Sequence record: SRR31156797_3966
Strand: one strand, 5' to 3'
DNA length: 64,000 bases
Shown here: positions 20,516 to 29,671 of the stretch, piece after piece
How positions within the stretch are numbered: position 1 is the stretch's first letter
How the letters are laid out: each line of letters starts with the position of its first letter
Translations under genes and position numbers: made by a program
The notes under the pieces: generated by a model
Told to the model about the DNA's origin: nothing
Seen by the model: the letters and a program-made list of their open reading frames with translations, nothing else
Databases searched by the model: none

Positions 20516-21993
20516 TAGAGTTCCTTTGTATTCGGGTAAGGGAGTAAGTCTGGCAAAATCTTTTCTTTAGCCCATGGGTCTTGAATACGTGCCAGTTCGC
20601 AGGCTAAGCGAGACAGTAATTGTTCAGCTAATTTAGGCTCAGAACTAAACGCAAGATTGTTTAGCTGGTATTGATCCGCTTGATTATCGAAAAGTAGAAT
20701 TTCAGTTAGCTGGTTATCGCGGTCGACTTCCAAAGCCAGCGTGTAGCGTTCTGTCCTAATGCCACGACTTTGAGCAAAGTAATTGATGACGTTGCCATCT
20801 TGGTCTTTGTCACCATCTAGGTTACGGATGTAAAGTGAACCGATAGACTCTGCACGGTTCGAAGTATTCTTGGTCAACGCTTGTGCTCGACTTTCGCCAC
20901 CAAGGCGAGGTGGGCAGTGGGCTGTTAATCCCAATACATCGAGGATAGTTGGGAAGATATCTGGGCTATTGAGGGATTCGGTGACAACCTGTGGGGTTTG
21001 CTGTCCAGGTAATTTCATCAAGTAAGGAACAAGGAAAGCTTCTTCATAGATGACGTTCTTCGCGTCAGTGATTCCTTGACTACAGAGTGTTTCCCCATGG
21101 TCGCTGGTAAAGACAATCACCGTGTTTTCCCACTCGCCAATATCTTTTAAGGTCTGGACCACCCGCCCGAACTCTTTATCAACGCCGCTGACGTTAGCAA
21201 AGTAGTAACGTGCACTGTCGGCTTTATCTAACTGCATATCGACATTGTCACGCACCAGCAGAAACTCATTTGGTTTATCCGCATACAGAGCTAAATCTTC
21301 TTCACGGCAGTCATCCAAGCTTTCATAAGGGCTATGCGGAGGGTTCATGGAAAGAAATAAAGCGAAAGGTGAGTTTTCATCGCGTTCGCCATGAGTATTA
21401 TTTAAATACTCAATGGCTTTATCGGCTTCGTGTTCGGCAGACCATACTTTAGGCTCATGTCTGACGCCATGGGTGTCGTAATAGTGAGGGTTACGGTGTT
21501 CGTCGAAAGTGCCGTAACCATACCAGTAGTGAATGCCGTGGCGACGTTGTGGCTCGGTATAGGAATCCCAGGCGGGCAATCGGCAATCAACGAACTGGCC
21601 AGGTTTATCTGGCGCGTTGCGAGTGGGTAAATCCAAATGCCATTTCCCGATGTAACCGACATGGTAACCAGACTGGGCTAAAACGTCTGTTAAACACGTT
21701 GTTTCTTGTTCTAAATTTGAAATAACACGCTCAGAGTTACAGTTTAAAGGCACGCCGCTTTTATTCGGATATTGGCCTGTAAATAAACTTCCTCTATGAG
21801 GACTACAGACCGGACAATTACTAATAGCATTCGGTAAAATATACGCCTGTTGTGCGAATTGGTCTAAATTCGGTGTGTAAACAGGGTCAGGTTGTCCCGA
21901 ACAATAATTTTTAAACAGAGGGTTGTTCCATAAACCGAGTGACATTTGTCTAAATTGGTCAGGAAATACATAGAGTAAGTTTGGCTTTTTCAT
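20515..21993 (-). CDS. Cys-type formylglycine sulfatase, resembles S1_27 GalNAc-4-O-sulfatases; no signal peptide
   Basis: PDQFR, CSPHR, GYIGKWHLD, RRHG..YW.GYGTFDEH, SMNPPH, SDHG; subfamily from recalled motif similarity. Confidence 0.85.
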   Translation of the reverse strand: MKKPNLLYVFPDQFRQMSLGLWNNPLFKNYCSGQPDPVYTPNLDQFAQQAYILPNAISNCPVCSPHRGSLFTGQYPNKSGVPLNCNSERVISNLEQETTCLTDVLAQSGYHVGYIGKWHLDLPTRNAPDKPGQFVDCRLPAWDSYTEPQRRHGIHYWYGYGTFDEHRNPHYYDTHGVRHEPKVWSAEHEADKAIEYLNNTHGERDENSPFALFLSMNPPHSPYESLDDCREEDLALYADKPNEFLLVRDNVDMQLDKADSARYYFANVSGVDKEFGRVVQTLKDIGEWENTVIVFTSDHGETLCSQGITDAKNVIYEEAFLVPYLMKLPGQQTPQVVTESLNSPDIFPTILDVLGLTAHCPPRLGGESRAQALTKNTSNRAESIGSLYIRNLDGDKDQDGNVINYFAQSRGIRTERYTLALEVDRDNQLTEILLFDNQADQYQLNNLAFSSEPKLAEQLLSRLACELARIQDPWAKEKILPDLLPYPNTKEL

Positions 21994-22048
21994 TGAGACC
22001 TTTAATTAAGTTAAATGAATTAAATTTTATAGTTGTTCACTTAATATA

Positions 22049-22069
22049 AGTTGAAATATTGTTTTAAGT
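22049..22069. promoter_or_regulatory. Putative KdgR box in the divergent sulfatase/anSME promoter region
   Basis: AGTTGAAATATTGTTTTAAGT; full match to core TRAAAYRnYRTTTYA. Confidence 0.65.
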
Positions 22070-22164
22070 TGATCGCAAAAAATAAATTACAAAATTAATT
22101 ACTATGTTTAAATAATGTTATTTGTTTAATGATCTCGGTCTTTTTATATTGATAAAGACTAACA

Positions 22165-23370
22165 ATGATAATTCCCACCTCTAAAATAACCGCACAGCAT
22201 CCGTTTCATGTGTTATTAAAACCTATTGGTCCATTGTGCAATCTGGATTGCGACTACTGTTTTTATCTAGATAAGACCGAGTATTTCCCCGGTCAGAATC
22301 GTTTCGACATGAGTGACCAAGTGCTAGAAGCCCATATTCGAAACTATATTGAAAGTCAGCCTAGAGGTTGTCGCGAAGTCACTTTTGGGTGGCAAGGTGG
22401 AGAGCCAACTTTACGTGGTATAGATTTCTATCGTCGAGCGGTTCAACTGCAAGCAAAATATCGACGCTCCGGGATGCAAATTGTGAATACGTTCCAAACT
22501 AATGGGGTGTTGATTGATGATCAGTGGGCTCAGTTTTTAAAACAGAACGCATTTTTAGTCGGTATTAGTATCGATGGTGACGAAGACCTGCATGATTACT
22601 ACAGAAAGACACGCAGCGGAGAGGGTTCCTACCAGCAAGTCATAAAGGGCTTACGTTGCTTACAGCGTAATGGGGTTGATTACAATGTATTGGCCACTGT
22701 GCAATCTAACAATGGCAGCCATGGCCGGCGGGTATACCAGCACTTAACTTCATTGGGTGCGCAGTTTATTCAGTTTATACCTGTGGTCGAAGCGGTGAAA
22801 GGCAAGGGCGTATCAGAGCGAAGCGTAGGCGCTGAACAGTTTGGACGGTTCATGGTGGAAGTGTTTGACTGCTGGCGTGAAAAAGATATCGGCCGGGTGT
22901 TTGTGAGCCATTTTGATAACGCGCTAGGGATGAGCTTAGGCATGCCGTCGTCTATCTGTGTGCATTCCTCAACCTGTGGCAATAACTTAGTGCTGGAACA
23001 CAATGGTGATGCCTATAGCTGTGATCACTTGGTTTATCCTGAGTTTAAGTTAGGAAACATTAATCAACGTGATTACCCCGATTTGATAGAAACGCCTATT
23101 CAGCAGGATTTTTCTAAAGCCAAATTGTCAGCCAGTGACAGGCATTGTCAACAATGCTTTCAACGAGACCTATGCCACGGTGGTTGCCCTGCGCAGAGGA
23201 TTAACGCTAACGGTGAGTTGTCTTTTGATGAAAAGCACTATCTTTGCGACAGTTACTTGTTATTTTTCTCTTATATTCGTCCCTTTTTAATTGCAATGGG
23301 AAAATGTCTTAAGAACCAAGTTTCAGTGAACAATTATTTAAACTATATGTCGTGCGAAATAAATAATTAA
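22165..23370 (+). CDS. Anaerobic sulfatase-maturating enzyme (radical SAM, AslB/ChuR family)
   Basis: KP.G..CNLDCDYCFY, WQGGEPTL, QTNG, GISIDG, SPASM cysteines (C..C, YSCDH, C..C...C.GGCP). Confidence 0.93.
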   Translation: MIIPTSKITAQHPFHVLLKPIGPLCNLDCDYCFYLDKTEYFPGQNRFDMSDQVLEAHIRNYIESQPRGCREVTFGWQGGEPTLRGIDFYRRAVQLQAKYRRSGMQIVNTFQTNGVLIDDQWAQFLKQNAFLVGISIDGDEDLHDYYRKTRSGEGSYQQVIKGLRCLQRNGVDYNVLATVQSNNGSHGRRVYQHLTSLGAQFIQFIPVVEAVKGKGVSERSVGAEQFGRFMVEVFDCWREKDIGRVFVSHFDNALGMSLGMPSSICVHSSTCGNNLVLEHNGDAYSCDHLVYPEFKLGNINQRDYPDLIETPIQQDFSKAKLSASDRHCQQCFQRDLCHGGCPAQRINANGELSFDEKHYLCDSYLLFFSYIRPFLIAMGKCLKNQVSVNNYLNYMSCEINN

Positions 23371-23542
23371 TAAAACAGTTAATATTGCGATCTGGATATA
23401 ATTAATAGCACTTCCTTTTTTGTGGATTTATGATTTCTAAATTAAGTATTATGAAAATCTCTTAATCTTTATTAGTGCAAAATGCGAGGCAAGCGAGGTT
23501 TTATATAGCAGAATAATCGGAGTTATGATCTAGATATCGAAA

Positions 23543-23563
23543 ATATAAAAAGTCGTTTTAATA
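23543..23563. promoter_or_regulatory. Putative KdgR box upstream of the DUF2264-ABC operon
   Basis: ATATAAAAAGTCGTTTTAATA; 1 mismatch to core. Confidence 0.5.
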
Positions 23564-23626
23564 ATAATAGGTAGTGAGTTTTAATTCTTTCCAGCAAAAC
23601 GGCAATTATCTGAGTGATTATTTATA

Positions 23627-25348
23627 ATGTCTTTATGTTGGAAAGATCTAACTCAAAATGAAAATTTATTTACAACTCGTCAAGGTACAGTTGAAATCGC
23701 TAATGCAATATTAAATAAACATGTATTCGTTATTTCCGAAAAAGTTCAACTTAACCTACAGGCTTATAGTTCAGCGCATTACACTCGTCAAACCGCAGAT
23801 ATAGAGTATGTTTGCCGATTACTTTGGTTGGCGGTTCCAGCGAAAGAGACAAACTTACAAATTAACCAACTGTTGTGCCAAAGCATCATTGACGGAACAA
23901 CACCGAGTTCAGATAAATTTTGGCAGTTAGCAAAAGATTACGACCAGCGTGTGGTGGAAATGTCAGCGATTGCGATGGCACTCGCTGAAGCGCCAGAAAT
24001 CTACTGGGCACCGCTAACTGACGAACAAAAATCCAACCTTTGCCACTGGTTACTGTCATCAAGTGATGTCGCGTTACCACCCAATAACTGGTACTGGTTT
24101 CGTGTGCTTATTTTGAAATCGCTCATCAATCTAGGCGTGCAAGTTGATGAGTTGAACTTGGAGTTTGATCTCCAATCGATCGAAGAGATGCAACTTGAAC
24201 AAGGCTGGTATCAGGATGGCGCGACTGGCGTGATGGATTACTACAATCCGATGGCTTTCCAACTTTATGCGTTGATGTACTGCCGATGGAATCCAAAATC
24301 GCCGCGCAAAGAGACATTGTTAAACAATGCACTTGAATTTGCTCAAAGTTATTGTGAGTGGTTCGGTGAAGACGGTAAACAGCTCGCTTATGGCCGCTCT
24401 TTGAACTATCGCTGTGCGGCTCTTGCATTTTGGGCAGAGCTGGCCGCAACATTTCCTGAGCACAGCGACGTTGCACTGTGGAAGACACTATGGGTTCAAG
24501 GGATGAACTGGTGGGCCAACCAACCTATCTCTGACAGCAACGGGTTGCTTCATCCTGGTTTTGCCTACCCTAATTTACTGCTAAGCGAGTTTTACACCAG
24601 TTCTGTCTCTCCAATGCTGGCAGGCAAAGCGTTTAATGCATTGGCTATGGATGAATCGCATCCCTTCTGGCAAGCCGAGCTCATTTCAATACCGACACAG
24701 ACAGAGCCTCGTTGGGTTAATGATCGCCATCTGCAATGGCGTAATGGCGGCAGTTATTTAGTCACCAATGCACCAGGCAGTAACGAGCTAAGAGAGTGTG
24801 CTGATAAGTACAATAAGTTTGCCTATAGCTCATCACACGGTTTCTGTGTCGATAGCGTTCGCTGGATCAATCAAGGCTGGGCTGGCGATAACATGTTGGC
24901 ATTCCAACATCCAGAGACATTGGGTTGGTATAGCCGCCAGCGTCATATTGAATCTCGCAGAGAAGGGGACACACTGGTCTCGGTTTGGTCACCATTTTCA
25001 GGTGTTACCGTCACCACCTATCAACGTGTGCAAGATGACTTCGAAGTAAGAACACATCGCATTCAGAGCGACAAAATACTCAATTTCTTAATGACGGGCT
25101 ACTGCGTTGACGAATGGCGCAATTGGTTTAGCCATATGTCTCAGGTTCCGTCACGCGTTGAGTCTAACGCTCTATTTAGTGAACTGCATTTAGTGAAAGG
25201 TGAAGGGCAAACATGTTGCTACCCATGCGCCCCTAACACAAACGTGCTTTACCCCCATTCAAGTGTTCCTGCGATTTCAGGCGTTATCCAATCCGGAGAG
25301 ACTGAAATCGAGGTGCAAGTATTAGCTGGAAATTTAAAAGCTTTGTAG
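23627..25348 (+). CDS. DUF2264 protein (GH154-like putative beta-glucuronidase), no signal peptide
   Basis: AHY...E...R.LW, DQRVVEM, NNWYWFRV, GWYQDG..DYYN..AFQLY, GRSL.YR, KYNKFAYSS..GF. Confidence 0.8.
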   Translation: MSLCWKDLTQNENLFTTRQGTVEIANAILNKHVFVISEKVQLNLQAYSSAHYTRQTADIEYVCRLLWLAVPAKETNLQINQLLCQSIIDGTTPSSDKFWQLAKDYDQRVVEMSAIAMALAEAPEIYWAPLTDEQKSNLCHWLLSSSDVALPPNNWYWFRVLILKSLINLGVQVDELNLEFDLQSIEEMQLEQGWYQDGATGVMDYYNPMAFQLYALMYCRWNPKSPRKETLLNNALEFAQSYCEWFGEDGKQLAYGRSLNYRCAALAFWAELAATFPEHSDVALWKTLWVQGMNWWANQPISDSNGLLHPGFAYPNLLLSEFYTSSVSPMLAGKAFNALAMDESHPFWQAELISIPTQTEPRWVNDRHLQWRNGGSYLVTNAPGSNELRECADKYNKFAYSSSHGFCVDSVRWINQGWAGDNMLAFQHPETLGWYSRQRHIESRREGDTLVSVWSPFSGVTVTTYQRVQDDFEVRTHRIQSDKILNFLMTGYCVDEWRNWFSHMSQVPSRVESNALFSELHLVKGEGQTCCYPCAPNTNVLYPHSSVPAISGVIQSGETEIEVQVLAGNLKAL

Positions 25349-25399
25349 GTACAGGGCGATTAAATCATTGAAACATTAGAACATCTTATGGAGTTAACT

Positions 25400-27319
25400 A
25401 TGACAACACATAATAAGATACCTCTGTTCGGAAAGACGGCAATTGCGGTTGCAGCAGCAATGTCTTTCTCAAGCTGGGCAAATACTTATAACGAAGCGCC
25501 ACAGCTAGCAGAGCTAGTTAAAGCAGGCAAACTGCCAAGCGTTGAAGAGCGTTTACCGGTCAACCCTTTGGTTGTTGAACCAAACGAGTCTATCGGTCAA
25601 TACGGCGGTACGCTCAACCTCGTGGGTAAAGCGATGGACAACGGTCACCGTATCCGTACTGTGGCGTATGACAACCTGTTTAACTTCGATACGACATACT
25701 CAAAAGTCATTCCAAACTTGGCGACTGGCTTCGAATCTAACGCAGAAAACACCGAGTTTACTATTAGCCTACGTAAAGGCGTGAAATGGTCTGATGGTAC
25801 GCCGTTTACGGCTGACGATGTGGCTTTCTATATCAACGAAATCGTTGGTGACCCAGAGCATTCAGGCAACCGTCCGCTAGTACTGCCAGCACATGACTCA
25901 GCAAAAGCTTCAGTGGTAGATGAGCACACAGTAAAAATTACCCTAGCTAAGCCAAACGGTATGTTTATTCGTAGCCTAGCAACGGTTGATAGTGAAAGCT
26001 TTACCGCTTTCCCGAAACATTACTGCTCTCAATTTATGCCTAAGTTTAATGACAAGGCAGTAGAAAACGCGAAAGCGGCAGGTTTTGACTCATGGCGTCA
26101 ATATGCTTCTACCAAGTGTGAAGCGCATTACTTCCTTGAGCACCACAACAACGTTGATCGCCCTGTACTAACCGCATGGAAAGTGGCAACACCTCCTGGA
26201 CCAAACGCAACTTACGCGGTTTATGAGCGTAACCCATACTACTGGCAGGTGGATACAGAAGGGAACCAGTTACCATACCTGGATTCTGTTCGCTGGCGTT
26301 ACAGTGAAGATATGGAAGAGATGGTTCTGCGTGCGGCAAATGGCGAAACGGATTACCAACACCGTAATGTAGGTCAGACAACTTACCGTTCGCTATTAAT
26401 TGAGAACGAAAAGAAAGGTAACTTCACCTATAAGTTCCGTCCTAGCACGTTAAGCACCGAAGTTGCACTTCCTCTGAACCAAACTTCAAAAGATCCGTTG
26501 AAACGTGAACTGTTTGCAAACAAAGACTTCCGTATTGCACTGTCTCACGCTATCGATCGCTCTGAAATCAGCGAAACGGTTTTCTCAGGTGTGGTAGAAG
26601 GTTATCAGGCGGTACCGCTAGAAATTTCTCCTTACTATGATCAGGAAGCCGCAGAGCAGTACATTGAGTTTGATCCGAAGAAAGCCAACAAAATGCTTGA
26701 TGATTTGGGCCTGACTCAGCGTGATAAAGAGGGCTACCGTCTGCTTAAGAATGGTGAGCGTCTGCGTATTGAAGCGCTGTCTGAAACACGCAGAAAAGGT
26801 GTGTTTGCCGATACTCTAGAGCTGGTTAAGAACCAGTGGAAAGATGTTGGTATCTTCCTAGATATCCGTATTTTGGAATCGAACCACATTATCAACCTTC
26901 GTCTAACCAACGACTTCGACATGATTCCGAACATCGGTGAAGGTGGTGTTGGTGTGATTGATGAATCTCGTTACTACTTCCCGTTCAGCCCTGAATCAAC
27001 TTGGGGTATGGGTTACTACCTATGGGCTAACGAGCCAACAAACGAGTTTGCTGTAGAACCACCAGCGCACGTGAAACGTCAGCTAGAACTTTGGAAAAAA
27101 GTGACAGAAACGTCTTCTCAAGAAGAGCAGCAAAAATACATGAAGGAAATCCTAGCGATCAGTAAGGAGCACTTCTACGTAATCGGTACTGTTGAAGCGA
27201 TGCCTGCAGGTGTTGTTGTGAACAATGACCTTCACAACACACCTGAAAACATGCCTCAATCTTGGAACTTCCCAACTCCAGGACCAATGCGCATGAGCCA
27301 GCTTTGGAAAAGCCAATAA
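25400..27319 (+). CDS. ABC transporter substrate-binding protein, family 5 (DppA/OppA-like; oligosaccharide-binding subgroup likely)
   Basis: Signal peptide; EAP.LAELV..GKLP.VEERLP, LRKGVKWSDG.PFTADDV, RNPYYW.VD.EGNQLPYLD; ATG at 25400 follows GGAG. Confidence 0.92.
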   Translation: MTTHNKIPLFGKTAIAVAAAMSFSSWANTYNEAPQLAELVKAGKLPSVEERLPVNPLVVEPNESIGQYGGTLNLVGKAMDNGHRIRTVAYDNLFNFDTTYSKVIPNLATGFESNAENTEFTISLRKGVKWSDGTPFTADDVAFYINEIVGDPEHSGNRPLVLPAHDSAKASVVDEHTVKITLAKPNGMFIRSLATVDSESFTAFPKHYCSQFMPKFNDKAVENAKAAGFDSWRQYASTKCEAHYFLEHHNNVDRPVLTAWKVATPPGPNATYAVYERNPYYWQVDTEGNQLPYLDSVRWRYSEDMEEMVLRAANGETDYQHRNVGQTTYRSLLIENEKKGNFTYKFRPSTLSTEVALPLNQTSKDPLKRELFANKDFRIALSHAIDRSEISETVFSGVVEGYQAVPLEISPYYDQEAAEQYIEFDPKKANKMLDDLGLTQRDKEGYRLLKNGERLRIEALSETRRKGVFADTLELVKNQWKDVGIFLDIRILESNHIINLRLTNDFDMIPNIGEGGVGVIDESRYYFPFSPESTWGMGYYLWANEPTNEFAVEPPAHVKRQLELWKKVTETSSQEEQQKYMKEILAISKEHFYVIGTVEAMPAGVVVNNDLHNTPENMPQSWNFPTPGPMRMSQLWKSQ

Positions 27320-27340
27320 TCGATAACTTCGATTAATTAT

Positions 27341-27361
27341 TGCCCCACATCAAGTGGGGCA
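27341..27361 (+). terminator. Hairpin after the SBP gene (stabiliser or partial terminator)
   Basis: TGCCCCAC-ATCAA-GTGGGGCA followed by TTT. Confidence 0.55.
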
Positions 27362-27500
27362 TTTGTATGCCTTTTTTCGGTAATTATTAAATTTATCAGT
27401 GTTTTATAGGCGCTTTGTTTTTAAGCCTAAAACGAGCTTAACGCATGATTAAACACTGATTAGTAAGTAATAGTTTGATGTCACTATTTAAGGAACAGTA

Positions 27501-28508
27501 ATGAACAGTTTTTTTCTGTTTGCAGGTAAGCGGTTGGTGTCGATTCTCGTCACTCTGTTTGCCGTTTCAATTGTCGTGTTCGCTGTTATTGATCTTCCTC
27601 CTGGTGATTTTGCCTCTGCAAAAATCGCAGAGCTTCAATCAATGGGGCAAACAGTTGATCCTCAGATGATTTTCACGTTACGTGAAATGTACGGTTTGGA
27701 TAAGCCCCTATGGGAACGCTACCTTAACTGGATTGCAGGTCTAATGGTCGGTGATTTAGGTATCTCTCTCACAACCAACCAACCTGTTTGGGACACCATT
27801 GAACCACGTATTTGGCCAACCATCTCGCTAGCAGCGGCAGTATTTATTTTCCAATTTTTGATTGCTATTCCAATTGGTATGTACTCAGCGTTGCGCCAGT
27901 ATTCGTGGGGCGATTACATCGCGACTATCTTCGGTTTCATTGGTATGGCAACACCCAACTTCGTTATTGCGATTGTGGCTTTGCTGGTTGGTTACTACAG
28001 CTTTGATACCGTTGTGTCTGGTCTCTATTCTGATGAATATTTAGGTCAACCTATGTCTTGGGCTAAGTTCTTAGATGCGGCTTCGCGCAGCTGGATTTAT
28101 ATCGTGGTCGTGGGTACTGCGGGGATGGCCGGTATCATCCGAATCATGCGGGCTAACCTGCTGGATGAGCTTAAAAAGCCTTACGTGAAGACTGCGCGAG
28201 CGAAAGGCCAGTCAGAGTCTAAACTGATTCTGAAATATCCTGTTCGTATTGCGATTTTACCTATTGTTTCGACTATCGGTTGGATGCTTCCTGCTTTGCT
28301 GGGTGCAGACATCATTGTTAGTCAGGTAATGAACATTCCTACCCTTGGTCCTTTGATGTTAGCAGCACTTCGTGCTCAAGATATGTACGTAGCAGGTGAT
28401 GTTCTGCTGATCATGTCGATTCTTACCATTATCGGTACCTTAATTTCCGATCTTCTTTTGTACTGGATTGACCCTCGAGTACGTGTTGGTGTCGCGAAGG
28501 AGTTTTAA
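27501..28508 (+). CDS. ABC transporter permease (DppB/OppB-like)
   Basis: LPPGD, YGLDKP..ERY..W, GDLG.S, R.MRANLLDEL..YV.TARAKG, DP RVR terminus. Confidence 0.93.
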   Translation: MNSFFLFAGKRLVSILVTLFAVSIVVFAVIDLPPGDFASAKIAELQSMGQTVDPQMIFTLREMYGLDKPLWERYLNWIAGLMVGDLGISLTTNQPVWDTIEPRIWPTISLAAAVFIFQFLIAIPIGMYSALRQYSWGDYIATIFGFIGMATPNFVIAIVALLVGYYSFDTVVSGLYSDEYLGQPMSWAKFLDAASRSWIYIVVVGTAGMAGIIRIMRANLLDELKKPYVKTARAKGQSESKLILKYPVRIAILPIVSTIGWMLPALLGADIIVSQVMNIPTLGPLMLAALRAQDMYVAGDVLLIMSILTIIGTLISDLLLYWIDPRVRVGVAKEF

Positions 28509-28510
28509 TT

Positions 28511-29671
28511 ATGAACACGACGACTATTCGTTCTTTCGGGCAGCTATTTACCCGTCGTAAAAAAACGTTGGACTTAAGTACGGCGACTCAGTGGCAACTG
28601 ATCGGCATGAAAATGCGTCAGCACAAACTGGCTTGGTATAGCTTAAAGTTTCTATTAATTGTGTATGTTATCGCTGCGTTAGCGGAGTTCTTCGCTCCTT
28701 TTGATCCGAGTGATAACTGGAGACGTTATACTTACGCTCCACCTCAGTCAGTTAGCTTGTTTGAAAGTACAGACGACGGTTGGCGTTGGGCCCCTCATCT
28801 AGAGTTCTACAAGAGTACAACCGATAAGCGCACCTTAAAGAGGCATTATGAGCTAGATCCAAACACAAAAGTTTACTTTGAGTTCTTTGGTAAAACGGAA
28901 TCTTATGAGCTAATGGGATTTATCCCAATGAGCTATAAGTTCATCGTCCCAGAAAATCCAAAGCAGCCATTCTTCATTTTGGGTTCAGACCGTATGGGGC
29001 GAGATATGTTGTCTCGTCTGATTTACGGTGCTCGCATTTCGCTATCTGTAGGCTTAATGGGTGTATTCACTACCTTTGTGTTAGGTATCGTTATTGGTGG
29101 TATTTCGGGCTACTTTGGCGGCGCAGTCGATAACCTCATTCAACGTACGATTGAGTTTATCAAATCCATCCCAACCCTTCCTCTGTGGATGGCTCTGTCA
29201 GCGTCACTGCCGGCGGAGTGGAGCTCACTGACGAAGTACTTCTTAATCACTATCATCTTAGGTCTTGTTTCATGGCCAGATATGGCTCGAGTCGTACGTA
29301 GTCGCTTTATGTCACTGCGTGGTGAAGAATACGTAGCCGCAGCGTGGTTGGATGGCAACAGCCCGTTTGAGATCATCCGTCGTTACATGGTTCCTAACTT
29401 CCTCAGCCATATTATCGCGGTGGTGACACTGGCGATTCCGATGATGATTCTGGGTGAAACGGCGCTAAGTTTCCTAGGTCTTGGCCTACAGGCTCCAATG
29501 GTGAGCTGGGGTGTTCTATTGCAAGAAGCGCAAAACATCCGAGCGTTGGCTGAAGCTTCTTGGCTACTGATTCCTGCTGTAGCTGTTGTAATTGTTATTC
29601 TCGCGATGAACTTCGTTGGTGATGGTCTACGTGATGCTTGTGACCCATACCATGATCAGGGAGCAAAATAA
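28511..29671 (+). CDS. ABC transporter permease (DppC/OppC-like)
   Basis: LGSDRMGRD..SRLIYGARISL, ETALSFLGLG, NFVGDGLRDA.DP. Confidence 0.93.
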   Translation: MNTTTIRSFGQLFTRRKKTLDLSTATQWQLIGMKMRQHKLAWYSLKFLLIVYVIAALAEFFAPFDPSDNWRRYTYAPPQSVSLFESTDDGWRWAPHLEFYKSTTDKRTLKRHYELDPNTKVYFEFFGKTESYELMGFIPMSYKFIVPENPKQPFFILGSDRMGRDMLSRLIYGARISLSVGLMGVFTTFVLGIVIGGISGYFGGAVDNLIQRTIEFIKSIPTLPLWMALSASLPAEWSSLTKYFLITIILGLVSWPDMARVVRSRFMSLRGEEYVAAAWLDGNSPFEIIRRYMVPNFLSHIIAVVTLAIPMMILGETALSFLGLGLQAPMVSWGVLLQEAQNIRALAEASWLLIPAVAVVIVILAMNFVGDGLRDACDPYHDQGAK

